Shown here: one piece after another, positions 17,437 to 17,869 of the stretch
Position numbering within the stretch: the stretch's first letter is position 1
Layout of the letters: each line of letters opens with the position of its first letter
Origin: an uncultured bacterium
GTDB lineage: Bacteria > CSSED10-310 > CAZUFC01
Reading direction: 5' to 3'
DNA: 17,869 nucleotides
Assembly (NCBI GenBank): GCA_964619725.1
Contig: CAZUFC010000153.1
Span: forward strand, 1 to 17,869
The notes under the pieces: generated by a model
Seen by the model: the letters and a program-made list of their open reading frames with translations, nothing else
Databases searched by the model: none
What the model was told of the DNA's origin: nothing
Program-made: the position numbers and the translations under genes

Positions 17437-17620
17437 TCAGGAAGGTTGCGGCCATTCATAACGAATCCTCAAATCGTTCTTCCAAGAATGTTTAAGATAT
17501 CCTTACGTGCCGCAGACGACCTGCTATAATACCCGAAGCTATTCCAATATCAGCGGCCAACTTTTCTATCAATTTTTTCCCGAACGAGCCCTTCAGGATA
17601 AACAGGTGATATGAATTCAG
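17437..17620 (-). pseudogene. C-terminal remnant of a HigA-family antitoxin / ImmA-IrrE peptidase fusion
   Basis: YHLFILKGSFGKKLIEKLAADIGIASGIIAGRLRH, a frameshift near 17503-17506, then GYLKHSWKNDLRIRYEW; resembles the FA..IGIAPGIVVGRLQH.G.....N.LK..Y.W terminus as I recall it. Confidence 0.6.
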
Positions 17621-17705
17621 AACTCCTGATAAGGACAACCCAACCTATTGATATCAAATGTCTTTTTTACACTGAGTCTAGGCATAATAATTGTGCAGTT
17701 TTTAG

Positions 17706-17813
17706 CCCCCCCTAAATCCCCCCGCAAGCGGGGGGACGAAGATGATTGCTGATATGTTATAATAAATAAAGACTAAATAAAGTCCCCCCGCCTGCGGGGG
17801 GATTTAGGGGGGG
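17706..17813. repeat. REP-like doublet: 32-bp inverted repeats, each with an internal GC-rich hairpin
   Basis: CCCCCCCTAAATCCCCCCGCAAGCGGGGGGAC (17706-17737) and GTCCCCCCGCCTGCGGGGGGATTTAGGGGGGG (17782-17813); 1 mismatch; AT-rich spacer. Confidence 0.85.
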
Positions 17814-17869
17814 GGATCGTTCAAGTCGACGAACGTCCAATTTATATTCCCGATTTTTTATCAGATTTA

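Noticed and set aside
17158-17495. Short ORFs 17158-17343 and 17307-17495
   Set aside because: They overlap the MITE and the antisense strand of the HigA remnant; no coding signal.
1-17869. Complete DGR cassette (RT, TR, avd) within the window
   Set aside because: No ORF with reverse-transcriptase motifs, no AAC-rich copy of the VR and no Avd-like ORF were seen.

Overview
Bacterial accessory region with mostly minus-strand genes for secreted or surface proteins, built around a central signalling block. The block has an ECF sigma factor (8871-9416) translationally coupled to a soluble zinc-binding (ZAS) anti-sigma-like protein (9409-10101), and a convergent TPR-CHAT caspase-like protease with an intact His/Cys dyad (10169-13855). 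The secreted proteins are a collagen/YadA-head/S74-chaperone fibre protein, a 910-aa multidomain protein ending in an FGE-type C-lectin (CLec) domain, a jelly-roll protein with a Pro/Thr linker and a 7-bladed beta-propeller. The 910-aa gene looks like a diversity-generating retroelement (DGR) target: adenine-free scaffold codons, NNY codons at variable positions, a pyrimidine-rich IMH-like tract and a long hairpin. No reverse transcriptase, template repeat (TR) or avd was found in the window, so it would be a remote target. A truncated paralogue at 14318-15379 carries decayed copies of the same cis elements. Three intact genes and the fragment share an unnamed ~120-aa domain. The intergenic regions hold MITE/REP-like palindromes, short tandem repeats and HicA and HigA remnants. 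All calls come from reading the sequence; no searches were run.
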